Both the position numbers and the translations under genes were made by a program. A DNA stretch of 64,000 bases from Amoebophrya sp. A120 (taxonomy: Eukaryota > Protista > Dinoflagellata), in contig CAJINV010000001.1 in NCBI GenBank assembly GCA_905178155.1, forward strand, positions 11,512,753 to 11,576,752. The letters are read 5' to 3'. The notes beneath the pieces were generated by a model. It had not been told where the DNA came from. It did no database searches and saw only the letters and a program-made list of their open reading frames with translations. Positions 22,206 to 36,800 of the stretch are shown one piece after another. Position 1 is the first letter of the stretch, and the number at the start of each line of letters is the position of its first letter.

Positions 22206-24196
22206 CTTGATACTTTTTGTTGAACGACGAGGTATGTTTTGCCGTGGTAAAATTGCTTTCGCAACAGAACGGGAGTAGCAATATTGACACGAAGGCTCAA
22301 AACACTCTCTAATTCGCGCCTTCACCCGTGGGCACAGCACAGGATTGAAGTGCTGAGACAAAGAAACAAACTAAAACGATACAGAATCAAAGACTTTCAA
22401 GAATTGAAAACATGTTAGTGCGATAGGAAATCCGGACGGTCACAATCATGGCTTTCTCTGAGGAGTGAGGACTTTGATAAAGTACACTGTCTACAAGCAA
22501 CATGTCGACGGACCATCTCATCTCGTGTTCGACTCTCAATCGCAACAAAGCACATCCAACTCAATAATTTCCGCAAACTCTCAACGAGCCACTGCTGCAA
22601 TGTTCCGGGAAAACGAAGACCACAAGGAAGAGGCAGTTGCTTCACACAACAAGCACGATAGCATTGTTTGTTGATGTTTTGATTTATTTATGGGGGGGCC
22701 TGCAACAAGCGACGACTAAAAGCGATTCGGTTACTCATCCTCGTATCGCACAGCGGCTTTCTAGTTTTAGCTCCAGAGGTTCTACTGCGCTTATATTTCA
22801 CCTGTAGAGGTGGAAGCGACTCAGGAACTCAAGCTGTAGCTGTCTCGTGTTAAGAGTTAGAGTGCCATGATTAGATATTAATTTTCTAAAGCTGTTTCTA
22901 AACCTGCAGGCAGCTACACATTGCTTGGCGTGTCGTGGGCGAGATCAGGATTAGGTTGTCACAACTTTCTGGTGCTCGCCTCGCCAGAACCGAATGCTTT
23001 ATAATCAAATGCTTCAAGCAAAAGTGGTATCAGGGGGTACTGGAGGTCGTGGTAAATAAAGGAATAATTAATGTTTTACACATGCCCATGGGGAGTCATG
23101 CTGATAGTTTTTTCAAGCTTGTGGTCGTTGAGCTACTTTCTTATCACCGCGGTAAAATGTGCAAAGCTCTATAGCAAGAAGCAATTTAGTATGATGAAAT
23201 GCGTGTCAATTGATCCCAGCGATACGGGAATGCTTCTAGAAAAGCGAGCGAGCACTCCACTGAGGAGAACCCACCTCGCATTCCCTGGAAAGCCTCCTCG
23301 TACCAAAATACGGTGCAATACTATGGCAAAAAATGTATGGTGCTACTTACTTACTAGAGTGTCAAGAGTTTTGTTATTTCGGAAAAAAAAACAAGCAGCA
23401 GTACATATGAAGCGGGGGCAATAATATGGCTATTTTGTTTGAAATAACGAAAACGGCAAAGAATCATCGATGTTAGGGTTCCGAGCCATCACGTAGCCCA
23501 GATCATTAAATGTGGTGTGCAGAGCGGTGTTTTCGCAAAGAATTTTTTTTGGTTTTTCCGACTCCACGATAATAAAAGATTTCTTTCAAAAAATTTCTTC
23601 GAACGGTGTAAATGCGTGTTTTTTGCTGAAGAGATCACTTCAAGGAAGTATGACAAAAACTGGATGAAAAGGAAAAAAAATTTTCTGAGAATCTTACGAA
23701 AAAAATGCGGTGCAAACTTTGTCTCCTCTACTACTTCGATTTCTTGTTATACTACAACTGCGTCCTTCCATTGCGTCTTTTCGATATAGCTTGCAAAAAA
23801 ATACACCATAATTGCCTCCGCATTGACAGGCTGATGTCCGGGAACACGAGTGCCACTGACTTTTAATGCGAAGTGCATCTCAGATATATCTACTGCAAAT
23901 CGAAAACTAACGCACGTTGAACTGAAGCAGAAGCTCCTCCTACTCATACTCAAACTCATCACAAAAATTGACTGATAACATACTCAAGAAAAAGCTTTTA
24001 GATTGAAGCATTCGACTGAAAATTTTGCTTCTACAAACGAGTTTTCCGCACAGACACTTCGCATTCTATTCCTCTCTTGAAGAATGACGAATCCGTCCTG
24101 CTTAAATTCTTCTCAACTACAACAAGTGATATGTACCACTTTCGTGAGCGAAATTTTGTACGTGACAGAAGTTCACGTGAATGACAAAAACTGAAC

Positions 24197-27146
24197 TTAC
24201 TGCACCTGCGCTTTTACCGGGTCCGCTGCTGTGGCGGTAGCAGGAGCTCCCGGCCACGAGGCCGCGGCGGCATTTCCAGAACCTGCGTACCACGCGGCCC
24301 ATGCTGCCGGGTCGTAGGCCTGCGAAGGATCGTAGTATTGTGCATACGCTCCGGCCGCGTATGCGGCGGCCCAGGGGTTGCTGGCGTCGGCGGCCGGGCT
24401 ACCAGATTCATACGAGTAGTCCTCCGGGCTCACGGAGGTTCCTTCCGGCATCCACGGCGAGGCGACCTGGGTTGAGTTTCATTTCAACGATGGAGGTGGA
24501 TCTTCAACTACAAATTCATATACTTAATAAGCAAAATTTTGATTTTGTTTCAATGAGTTTGAGTTCAGTGCGTTGACCATGTAAAATCAGCCGCTATTGA
24601 GGAAGTAGAAGTTTCAATTTGTCCTAATCAGAAAAGCTAAGCATTGAAGGACACCTCTACATTTACTTCCGGTTTTCAATAATGAATATATTTCTGCTTG
24701 CAACAACAAAACTATATCTTCAGTTATACCGGCGACCCGATCACGCCGGCATCCGTTTTGTTAACCGGAACGCCATCGCGTTTAATGTGGTTGACCACAG
24801 ACCCCTTGGCAAGACGGCCCGACGCCTTCATTTTCTCGGCCGAATCCACACCCTCGTCGATTTCTAGGCCCGGCGGCGCGCTGTCGCTGGCCCGGGACGG
24901 AGCAGCGGTAGAAGCACTAGCTGCACCGGGCTTCGTGATCGCGAAAGCTTTGTTCGGCTGCTTCTGCACATGCGTCGCCGCACCGGGAGTGAACTCGACC
25001 GGCGTTGCGGAATTTTCGTTTTGCTCCTTCGAGGCTTGCTTCTTCTTCGCGCCACTGGAATCGATCAAGGCGGCCTGCGCGGCAGCGACCTGCTTGGCGT
25101 GCGCCTCGTGGTACTGCGCCATGGCGGCGGCATGCGCGTACTGGTTCGCATAATACATGGACGCCATTTGCTGCTGGACACGCATCATGGCAGCTTGCTG
25201 CACCTGATGCTGGTACGCCGCGGGGTTGGCGCCCGGAGGGCCTGGCGGCGGCGGATACATGCCGTACGGGTACTGCGCAGCTGCTGCTGCGCCCCCGTAG
25301 TACGCCGGCGGCGCCCCGAACGGCGCGGCGCCGCCAGCAGCTTGTGTCTTTTTGTCCTCGTCGACAACCAAGTAGTCACCGCTCTGCGTCAGGTAGATGG
25401 CGGCCGGGTCACGGGTGATCGTCAAAATCTTCTTGTCGCCTTTGCCCGGCACGGCCAGCTGCGGGGACGACGATTGCGGCGTTGCAGTGGAGTCTGCAGG
25501 CACAGCATCACCAGCAGCTGCGCCAGCACCACTGTCGCGGGCCGCCGGCGCGAAGAAAGGGGTCGCGGAGCTGGAAAAGGCCGTCGGAGCTCCTGGCGCG
25601 CTGCTGCCAATCGTTTTGTAGTTGTTGTACGACTTAGTCGAATTGTAGTTGTAGCCCTCTCCGGTCTTCTTGTTTGCGTCAGTGTAGTTCCCGACGCTCC
25701 GAAATTTCGGGTCGCTTTCAAAGTTCTTGTTGGCGCTGGTCGTGTCCCGCCAGTTGCTTTCCCGCCAGTTTTCGTCCGCAGTTGTGGAGGACGAGGAGGA
25801 GACAGACCCAGACATGGTTTCCTGCTCCACCTGATCTTGCAGCTTCTTCGAGCCAGTCTTGTTTTTGCTACTGGAGTTTTTATCCTTCATCAGGGAAAAC
25901 GCGCGCTGCAGATCGTCCGCGACGGCGTTGCCGGTCGGCGGAAGTTCGACCGCCCCAACAGCCTTCTTCGAGGACTTTCCCGTCGACGAGGAAAGGATCA
26001 CGGGCTGCAGCACCGGCGAAGTGACGGGCTTCGGCGAGGACGTCGAAGTATTACCGTGCAGCGTGTCCAGCTTGCGCTGCGCCGCCCGCGCGTTGAAGGA
26101 CAACTCCGCCTGCGAAGTCGCGCGTCCCCGGCCCTTCGGCGAGCGGGACTTCTGCGCCGTACCGTTGTTGCTGGATTGCGTGTTGTTCCCATTGTTGCCC
26201 CCGTAAAAGCCGGGCGGGGCACGGAATCGCGGGTTGTTTTTCTGCAGCATCGCCTCCTCCTGGAAGTTTACGATGTAGCTGGCCAGGCTGTCCAGGCGGG
26301 TGGTGGACGAGGCGGTACTGTTCGTCGTGTACCGGCCAGCGCTGCTGCTGCTGGCGCTCTCGGTCGCCGAGTTTTGGCGCTCGGTGGCGGAGGACGAGTC
26401 CGCGCTGTTCGAGTTCTGCGCGGAGGAAGATGAGCTCCCGCCCGCCGGGTCGGTGAAAGCGGTCAAAATCGCACTCAGAGCCTGCTGGTCTTTGGTCTTG
26501 CGCTGCTCCTTCTTCTTCTCCTGCTTGACGATGTCGTTGCTCATCTGTCGTGGTGGTTTTTTTAAATTCATTATTTTCAACATCGTTGCTCCACAGAAAG
26601 AAAAAGAGTGCTCAGGGCGGTAGCAGCATCACTTTCACTTTGCCAAAATCAAAATCAAAATAATGCATGAAACATGCGCTGCATGTGTACTATATGCAAG
26701 TGTCTATGTGAAAAATGAAAATCTACCATGTCGTTGAACATCATGGTGATGATTTGGCGTTGCGTGTTCTGGTCTTGCCAGGACGTCATCGGCTTGCCCA
26801 TCTTCTTCAGGTACTCGCGCACCTTCCGCGGCGGCTGGTTCGGAGTCGAATCCTTCAGCTCTTCGCGCAACATGCTTTCCACGGTCACGGGCGGCCGGCT
26901 GCTGTAAAAGTCACCCGCAAAAATCCGCTGGGCGCGCTTGTGCGTCTTTCCGTCAGCCGAGACCCCTTCCTCGGGTTTGGCTTCCGAGGAAGCAGGAGCT
27001 GCACCATTGGCGTCCGCTTTGGTGGCAGCCATGTCGTTCTTCGAATTGGGCTTCGAAAGAGAGCCAGCGGCCGGAGTAGAGGCGGTAACCTTGTCGTCCA
27101 AGCTCACGAGCTCGTTGTTGGCGTTCATCGTGTCCTGTGCCTCCAT
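24197..27146 (-). CDS. Hypothetical low-complexity S/A/Q/P/Y-rich protein; ORFs 26655-27170, 24724-26583 and 24197-24451 are probably exons of one gene
   Basis: GC3-rich coding segments separated by short AT-richer gaps that start with GTA; GT-AG join GSP|VASPWM; the upstream join is uncertain. Confidence 0.55.
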
Positions 27147-28754
27147 TTTTGCTGTTTTTCGCTTAGTCAAAGGTAGAGAAATACAGTCTTGAGGTGAAGG
27201 TTTTTAAAACGAGTGTCAGACGTTGATGGTATGCAGTGAAGCAGTTTTTTTAGAGAGAGTTTGGTTTTGTTTTGATATGAGTAGAGTTATTCGAGAAGTA
27301 GTGTAGTAATCGGTGCACAAAGCACGTTCAAGGTTGTGAAGAAAATCGAAGTTGATAGGGGAAGTGGAGTTCAAGAAAAGAAGCGTGATGTTGTCGCTTC
27401 GTGTCGTCTGTTATTTCGTGTTGGGGTTTGAAATGAATTGAACGAAACGATTACTTGCGACGAGACCAACAACGCAATTCGTTTTTCAACGATGAGCACG
27501 TACGAAGTTCTCCAGGCATGGCAACGGTCGTCGTGCATTGACGAGCGCGACACATCATCATAATAAGATGGAACAGCATCAACAGACGCAAGAACGGCTA
27601 CGTTTTTTTCCACGAAACCGACAATTTTCATTTTGCTCGCTTGAATTCTCCAACAATGTCACGTGTACGGCTTCTACGAAGAAATGCACGACGTAGTACG
27701 GAATCAAAACCCGCGACGTGGTACGAGTCTCGCACATACACTACACCAGGACCGAGTGTTTGTTTTACCGATGCGGCGTTCTTTCAGTCGGTCACTACTT
27801 TTTAGAGCACCAGCACGAACATCGACAACATCATAAAGATGTTGACCGTGACTTGACAACGCCCCCCAATTTGCGGTTCTGCAACCCCCGCAAAAAAGTT
27901 TTGCTTTTGATGTTAGAGTTACGTACTTGCAAAATAAAGCCGAAAAAGATAAAGAAAAGTGCGCAGAAAGTTGGAAATCAAAGAGATTTGGTATATCTTG
28001 TTAAGTAAGTATCTATGGATGTCCACTTGATTCATGTCGCAGATAGGCCGCGTCACTAAAAATGGCTTCTTTTTTAAACGAGGGAGGTGTTGATAAGGAA
28101 AGTAGAGTTGTCGTGCAGCGAGAGGCTAGATGGGGACGCCTCGTCTTTAGGTACTTATTCATGTTAGTTCTCTCTAGGTCGTCGCTAGATTCGTCTAGTT
28201 TCGTTCATATGTAAATCTATGTTAAAAATGTATGGGCAAAAATAGTGATAAAGTTGTAAGACAAAAAAAGGAAATGCAAAACAAGGTCGAGAACAAAAAA
28301 ATGAAGAGCGCAAAAAGTGTTTATGAAAGTAGAGATTTCATTAAGTGCGATGCGGGTCCAGGCATGGACTGGTCATACTTGCACGTCTTGGAAAAAGAGA
28401 GAGCAGAACTTAGTTGGAGAGATTTCAAAACTACGGGATTACGTACTGATAGAAAAAGAGGTTACTGACGAGTCAGTAGGGTAAAAGATTTCTTTGTAAA
28501 CTGAAAATTCCTTGGAGCTACACATACAAAATTTTTTCGTGCTTCTCGAGAGTGGACAGTAAAGAGTTCAATGTGAACCTCATGCAAAATGCTTGTCGTG
28601 TTTTTCATGACGCAAGACAGAAACAAAATTTTCATGATTTCTGCAGCCCTGCTCCGGCTGCTGTGCACAACTGGCGGCAGAATTGATTTCTTTCCGAGGG
28701 AATAAAATGTCACAGACAATTGGAATCATCGTCGTTTGTTCTTCTTCTCCTCCT

Positions 28755-31700
28755 CTAAATTTGGTGCTGCTCCGCCGTGAGCAGGGTGTTTTTGTCTGCA
28801 GTGGCAGCCAGCTCCTGCTGCAGACGTTCGTACGCCTCCTCGTAGAAAAAGGCGTCGTCTGTTTGTTTGTTGCTCTCCTCATAGTGTGAAGAGAACCACT
28901 GCATCAAGTTCGCAGACGAGGGCGGGGAACAGGTCTGCTCCTCCTGCAACGCTGCGGCATAGCCAAACCAGTCGGAAAAATCCTCGCCGGGGCCGGTAAG
29001 TCCCGGGGGCGGCCGTCCTCGAGGCGGTGTGGTAGACCGGGTCGTGGTCGTCGGCTGCCCGCCTTTCCCGCCCGCGCTGAAGCCCTTGGAATGCACCGAG
29101 GTCTTCACGTGATCCTCCTCCGGGGGCGGGGGAGGAGGCGGAACCTCGTCGTCGTAGGTGTTGTTCGCCGTGGCCGCCATCCCGAGATTCAGGTAGTAGT
29201 GGTAGGCAGCGGCCGCCGCCTGGGCCTGTTGGAAGGCCGCCGTGGCGGCTTCGTACTGCATCGCGTCGATGTCATGCTGCTGGTGTTGCTGTACCATCGC
29301 AGGCGCAGGCAAAGTTGCTGGAGAAAAAGCCGCAGCAGCGCCTTTCTTGCCCTTCCCCTTCTTGCCCTTGCCTTTATTCCCACCTTTGAAGCTGAGCAGG
29401 TTGGTGCCCTTGATGCCCAGGTTGCAGAGCTGCTCTTGCTCCGCGAGAAGGCCTTTCAGAAGCTTCTTTTTCCCCAAATACGGCTTCGGCGGCTTCACCG
29501 GCGTGGAACTCCGCGGCTGTTTTCGAATTTTTTACGAGCGATTAATTTCTAGGCGTGATTGACGCAGAGGATTTTAGTTGTACGGAGGACTGGAGTGAAG
29601 ATTCCAAAAACTAACGCGCAGCTTTAAGCCTTGTTCGTTTAACTGTTTCTAATTCTACAAGGAAATTATGGAAGGGAAATTGGAAACCAAACGCAAGGAG
29701 CACAAGAAGAGCTTCTTACTTTCTAGACGTAGAGTGAACTGGCACTCAGAAATCATGATACCGTTAGGACGCTCTCCGAGTTGCTTTGCGCACCCAGATT
29801 GAACGCACTGTACACGGGGGAGCGGCTTGGCGCTGGTTGAGTAGACGACCACTGCGGAACAGATTCATCATCCGGAGCATCACCAGCAGCTGCCTTCGTT
29901 TCGTCCACGACCGTCACGGCAGTTGTTACCGGCTTCGGGCGCTCGGTTTCGGCGCCGCTCGTTGCCTCGGCTTTCAGCTTCATTTCGCGCAGCCAGGCGA
30001 GATGGTTTTTCCGCTCCTCCAGGTTCCCGCGCATCTGGATGGCGCCCGTCTGCCGGGACGCTTCGAGCTTCTTCGTGGTGGTAACCGGTCCAAAAACAGA
30101 TTTCCCACTGTTTTGCGGCGTCGCGGATTTTTGCAGCGACGCATCCTCGCCGGCAGTGATGGTGCTGTCAAGAACCACACCGTCGGCGTCCGCCACAGCA
30201 TCCTCGGTTTGCTCGTCGTGCGGAACGAAGTCGGAAAGCGCCAGCAGATTTTCGTCGTCGATCACGCGCAACCGTTCCAGGTCTTCGTTCTCGATGTTGT
30301 TTTCCGGAACAGTTTCGTGGTCTTCTTGCAAAAGAGAAGCCGCAGCTTGTTCTGCACTAGCATTGCAAGCGTCCTCTTCCTGGGTGCAGCTGGAGCTGCA
30401 ACAGAGGGATGACAAAGAAGTCTCCTGCCGCTGGTGGTCTTCGCAGGTTTTCGCCGCGGTTCGCTCGGCCTTGCGCAACAGAACATCGTCATTGGTGGTC
30501 TTACTGGTATCCAACTCCGCCCCGTCATTATTCACGTTTCGCTCGGAAGCAGAGGGACTTTCGTCCCGCGACGTCGCCTGATCCTCGGTTTGGGTTTGCA
30601 CTTGCACCGCGCCGCACTCGCCCTCGAAATGGTGGTGCTGCTGCGCGGCCGCCATGGCGATCGTGATTTCCGCGAAGGCGGCCGCCGGGGGCAGCGCAGC
30701 CGCGCCTTGTTCTTGATCAAGCGCCCCATGTCGAGCAGCTCTTGTTTCAGCGGCCCCTTCTCCCGCTGCCGCCGTCGAAAGCAGCTGCTGTTCTTGACCG
30801 CCAAATAAAGGATCGTTCGGATTGCGCAGCGTAGATGCGCTGTCGCCACTGCTCCGCGTGCTGCTCTTGCTCCCGCGCTCGGCCTCGGAGGCGGTGCGAA
30901 ACAGTTCCGCGGCGGAGTTCAGTTCCTCCGCGGTCTTCACGTGGAAGTTGCCGGTCTGCGCACGCACGTCCTCGCACAGGTTCTGCAATTCCGGGAAGGA
31001 CTGGGCCAGCAGCTCCGCGAACTTCTCCAGGTCCAGACTCCCATCCGTCCGCTTGAAGTCGTCAATTTTCAGCGACGTGCCGTCTCCGAGCGCCGCCGTG
31101 ATCATGGTGGCCAGCGATTGCGTCGCTGCCGCGGAGGGAACTTTCCGCGGCTGCTCGAAGAACTCACCTCCCGGGTGCTGAAATGCGCCGCCGTTTTGCG
31201 CCGGGGATGCCGGGTTGTTGAACGACGGGGGTGCACAAGAGGACCCAGGTGGACCACGCTGCTGCGGTTTGTAGAAGTAGGGAAATCCTCCGTTCGCGGT
31301 GTAGGAAGAACTGCTGCTGCTGCTGCTGAACGGCGGCGAGGTCGTGTTGAAGCAGTTGTAATGCGGACCGAGAGGCAGACCACCAGGAGCAGCCGTGCCG
31401 TACATCACGCTCGGGTTCGCGGCGCTGTGATGCTGCAGGAAATTGTAGCTGTACGGCAAGCCGCCCGCAGCAAGTTGGCGCTGGGGCAGGACGCCGCGCT
31501 GCGGTGTGGTGCTGTTTCCGCACGATCCAAAAATTCCCCGTGGCTGCTGCTGCTGAGCGGTTGCCGTGTAGGTCGCATTTTTGCTACCGCGGTTGTAAAA
31601 GTTGTAAAACGAGGACGCGGTGGTAGCCGCGGCCGTCGACTTCTGGGCGGTGCTGCCCCCGGACCGCGTGCGGGGGTCGTCGGTCCACAGGTCGAAACCG

Positions 31701-32173
31701 CGCAGGTCGCGCGGCTGGAGGTCCGCCGGGATGGCCTGAAGACTCGGTTTGCGACCATGGATCCCAACTGCGGAGGACGAGGACGAAGAGCCGGAGGACG
31801 AGGACTCGGCCGAGGTGGCCGTGGTCGACGTGGCTCCGCACGCTGGGTCAACATCGTCCCCGGAACAACCGGGAGCGGCTGCCCCCGTAGTAGAAGTTTT
31901 CAGCATCTTGCAGAACTTGCTCGCGTAGCAGGGCGCCTGGTACACGTAGATGTCGCCCCGGAACACGGAGTCGCGGCGCTCCTTGGACTTCTGGTTGCGC
32001 GGCGGCCGCCAGGGCTCGCGCTCCTCGTGCTGGAGCATCTGCGGGGAGTGGTCGTTGGGCTGCATGCCGAAAAACTTCGAAAGCTTCCGGAACATTTTCA
32101 CCCACCCCTTCTTGTCCACAAACTCGCCGATCGACTCGTCGATGTACAGGTTGCTCGCCTCTAGATCCAACAT
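28755..32173 (-). CDS. Hypothetical low-complexity protein, 2 exons
   Basis: 806-aa and 247-aa ORFs join in frame through GT-AG intron 29517-29761 (VLT|PRSSTPVKPP); no recognisable domain. Confidence 0.6.
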
Positions 32174-33849
32174 GATGGAGGTGGTGCTCCTGTTCGTTCC
32201 GAGTGAACAGCGCTGCTTTTCCTGCAGAGAAGTTCCTTACTAGCGTTTGTTTTCTCCCGGAGGTGACCTCCGACGTGAAGATGTTCCTCAGAGGTAGCGG
32301 TGCTTCTGCTTCTTAAACTCGGCTGAAAAATGCGATGAGGACAATACTCAAAAAGCTGCTCGTTCTTGAGTAGACACTAAAATTGGATTTTCAGAAAACA
32401 AAAACATCTTGGAAGTGCATGATTGAAGAGGAGTAAAGATAGGAGTTGAGATTAGAAAATGTGAGGAGAATTATTGGGATACAACAAATGTCAGGGGGCG
32501 TATTTAGGAAAAGTTGTGACGTTCTTTAATTGGGACAGCTTGAGATGTGAGTATGTAAAGAAGTAAAAAATGAGTAAAAATTGAGGTCAGTCGTCTTTGT
32601 GTTTGTTTATTGTTTCTATGTTATTGGGCCTGAATTGCAACAATAGGGGAGGGGAAAAGAGAAAGACGTGCAAATACGACAGGGGTGCTCCTTTGCCTTT
32701 TCTTTGCAACGCTGTGACATGAAAAGAAAAAAACGCATCAAATTTTAATTTAGCACAACATCAAGAGAATTACTGAAGAGACGACTTCTATCTCGAGCGC
32801 TTATCGCTTCGCTGCATCTTCAGACTGGCATAGCCAATTGGACGGAAAGAAACCGAACGAAGTGGACGCCGTACGAAATCAGGCCTGACTCGGGCACTAC
32901 CGAATGTTCGCATATGTCAGTTGGACGAAATGTACGATTTAGTTCGGACCGAAGCCTATTGACAGGTTCATTGTGATACTAGAATGAAAGCCAGTGCTGC
33001 CGTTCAGAACGACTAAGTACGTACCGACAAGAATTCGACGAAAAGCACAGCACCGAAAAACTGAAGCAGCACGTTACTAAGCTGCGGACGCACCGAGGTG
33101 GGAGATTGACTCGTAATCGTATACTATGGACTTACTGAATACAGGCTTTCTGTTTATTCCTGCAACGTCCGCCCTGCATGCAAGATCCACATGGATACTG
33201 ACTTTTTGTTTTTCACACGGAGTAATACTTTCAAGTGTCGACTTGCGAACAGAAATACTTACTCAATCTCCGTCGTCGTACGCGCACGTGGTAATCAAGT
33301 TTATGGTTGCACAACCCGTGACGACCTGCATACTGATGAGGAAGCGCACCGGCGGGTGAGTGAATGCAAGAAATCTTGAATGCTGATAAACAACATGTGT
33401 GAACCAATTATGTGCAGCGTGTGTGTGAAGCAAATCATCATCATGTCACATCTACCTTTCTTGCTTGTAACACCTGACTCAATGCGAATGCTGGCCGAGA
33501 AGTCAGAAGAACTCGCACTATTACTGTACAAGGACTGCCGCGACATGTACATCTACCTGTATGCTAGAACGGACAAACAAACATGAGCATCAGCAAGCGC
33601 ACGTGCCCGGTGTGCACATGAAATAATGTAATTGTAAATCTTCTAAAAAATGGACAAGTACATGATGATGACGTGTAGACATTTGTCTTGCTTTTCAATA
33701 AAAAGAAAACCAAAGCACGACGCCTACCACGATTTGTTCACGTTTTTCGTTTCTGTTTTTCCACGAATGCGCAGTGCGAGTGCCTCCGAAAATATTCTTT
33801 TTAAAGTAAGCAGGTAGTGCAAGAACAAGCAAGCTGTCTTCTATCATCG

Positions 33850-36800
33850 TCACTTTTCTTGACTATTTTCCACCGGCGTCCTTCCTCCAAGGTGGTCGTC
33901 TAGCAGAGGCCTTCGAAGGTCGTCCCCGGTGGCGAACATATCCCTCGTGTTGGTCGCACCGCCGAAGCTATTCGCGGGAAGATTCTGTCCAGTTGGGGAA
34001 GGAGCTGCTCGCGGAAATAGAAGTCCCTGACTACCGCGCGGCTGTGCGAACATGCCAAGTGCGGTGTGGTGCAATCGCCTTCTGGCTTTTTTGTTCAGTG
34101 ATATGACGTGGGTGACGAATCGCTTTTTCGTGATCAAACCGTGAAACGCGCCCTCGTGGTCGACCACCGCGACCAAGCGCAGTCCCAGGCGGTAAAAAAT
34201 GTGGTGCGCGAGGTGCAAGGGGGTCTCCGGTGCGATGCGGAGCAGAGTGCGGTCAACCAGATCCGACAGGTCAATCGCGGTCGTCGCTCCAACCTCGATT
34301 GTCCCCGGAGGCTGGCGCGGCCGGCTGTTTATCGGCGACGGGCTGTCAGGTTGTCCTCGCAGTAGAAGCAGTTCATTTAGATTTTCTGGCGGCTCAAAGG
34401 ATCCACGCGGCGACCGGGAAATGTTTCGTGAATAGACGTCCTCGTCCCCCCCGTGCTGCTCAACCACTGCGGAAAGCGACGCAGCAGCGTCTTCGTCATC
34501 CTCGGAAGAGAGGAGAACAACTCCCCGGTGGTTCATGCTGCTGGTTCTTGCGGAGTCGAAGTCGTTGTTGTTCATCTTGTAGTTGTTCATGGCCGTGGTT
34601 ATTGCAGTGCCTCCAATAGTTCTACCTACAGTGGTACCTCCTTCATCCGGTCGTGCCAGTGTCCCACCGACCAAAGTTCCGGAAGAGCTGGACGCGGAAC
34701 CGAGTGGCATGACCTCCTCGTTTTCGACAAAGTATACGGGCGTTTCCGCACCATATCCCTCGGGGCCCAGCAAATCCGCGACGTCTTCTCGGAGCTGCGC
34801 CGCGTGCACGTAACCGATGAACGCGTGGTACCTTTTTTTCGTGGCTGCGTTGGTCCGCCGAACTAACAGCGGGTACCCGGAAACCGGTCCGAAGGAAGCA
34901 GCCGCACTAGCGGAAGTTGTAGTAGGTGGCGCACCAACAGTCGACCACTGCTGCAGAAGCTTCTCTAGCATTCCGAGTGTTATTGGCGCCGATTCCGGGC
35001 TGGGAACTCGGATGCAAAGGTCCGCTGGCGTCATTTCCACGATGTCTGCCGCGTAGCCCGGCGTGAACGTCCCTTCGGGCTCTTGGAGGAAGAGATACTT
35101 CTTCAATAAAATGTACCTATCGTAGATCCCGTCGTTAAACAGGTCCCCGGTCCACCGTGCAAACTGCGCCGCCAGCATGAAGGGCACGATGTGCTGTAGA
35201 GCTCCGGTGAGCTCGAACATGATCACCACCAGCGAGATGGTCACGCGGCAAACACCGCCTAGAACCGCGGTTGCGCCGACGATGCCGTACACCGAAGGGG
35301 CGATCGGGGACGAGAGCAGATCGCCAAAACCGAACTGGTTCGTGATCCCGATGTAGTACAGGTAGCTTCCCAGCAACCGCCCCAACGCCCCCCCGACAAA
35401 GAGACTTGGCACGAAGAGTCCCGCCGGCAGTGGTGCACCGAAGGTGACGCACATCAAGACGAAGCGAAGCACCCCGGCGGCCGCGAGCTCCTGTAGCGTC
35501 ACCGGTTCGAGCTTCGGACTACCGTCGCGGTGACACAAATGCATCTCATCGGCGGCATGGAGGCTGCGGACTACGAATTCCGTCTGGCTGCGGGAGTTCA
35601 CGAAGTCCTCGCACGGCTCGAAGAGACGGAAAATCACATCCACCATCAGCGGCGCCATGAACCGGTTTTTCAGTGTGCTGACAACGGTGAGAACCGCAAT
35701 CAGGCTGATCTCCACTTCCAGGGGGCAGTACCTCCGCCAAAACTCGGATTCCCGGAAGTGCAGCATCGCCGTGTTAACCTTGATAAAAAACGCACCTATG
35801 ACTCCGCCGATAATCCCGAGCAAGCAGAAAAAAATGTACTCCACCGGGTCGAGCTTCCAGGTGTCGGTAACCTGAAACAGCGTCAATTTTCCGGTTCCCG
35901 TGGGATTCAGGTACATCAGCATCAGCGCGGCGGACACAGCGGCGAAAAACGCTCGCGTCGAGGTGCGCTGCGAAAAGAACGTGGACGCCTCCTCGAAACT
36001 GAAGAGCACGCCGCCCAGCGGCGCGCCAAACGCCACCGACACACCCGCCGCGGTGGCTGCGGACAGGAGCTCTCGCCGGTTTGCCGGGCTGCTCGCGTAG
36101 TGCCAGGGAAACAGTTTCCCGCACGCCTCGGCCCAACAGCATGCAACGTGCACAAGCGGACCCTCCTTTCCCAGCGTCAACCCAGCAGCGACGCCGGACG
36201 TCAGACCTGCTAGTTTCACCAGTAACGTATTCCACGCCAAAACCGCCCGCATGTTGAAACCGCCGAGAATTGCCTTTACTTCGGGGATGCCGGACCCTTT
36301 TGCCGCCGGCGCGAAAAACTTGCACAGGAGCGCGGCGAACAGGGACAGGAGAACGGCGCTCCCAACCCAGATAATCCAGCCACACCAGTAGGCCGCGTCC
36401 TCGGGAAGGGAATTAGCCGTCGCAAGTTGCTCCCACGTCATCAGCGTGCCCTGAAAGGATGAGTGGGAGTAAAATTTGACGTTTCGCTGTCGACAACAGA
36501 ATAAACAAGCCCAGAGTGACATATTATGACCACGCTTTCATCCAGGCTCCATTCATGCATCAAGAAAAGCAATCCTGAACTATCATGATCAAAGGCAACA
36601 CTTTATACCAAGGTGTGGGGCGTTTGTCCCGAGGCGGCCAGTTTCGCACGACACTTGAAGTCCACGTTTACTTCATGGCCGCAACAGGCGTACGCGTCCT
36701 TGAAAATGTTCGTGACGCAAAGACCGCTCCTCCAAGTGAACACGATACTGGAGACGATCTGGATAAGCCCGCCGGATATGGCGGTCAAAATCCCTACCGC

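Noticed and set aside
24970-26433. Long plus-strand ORFs (487 aa here, 407 aa at 30941-32164, and others)
   Set aside because: Antisense shadows of GC3-rich minus-strand genes; Arg/Gly-rich with no domain motifs
33325-33380. CTGATGAG...GAAA (and CTGACGAG...CGAAA at ~45013) hammerhead-like cores
   Set aside because: Stem II and the flanking stems cannot be formed
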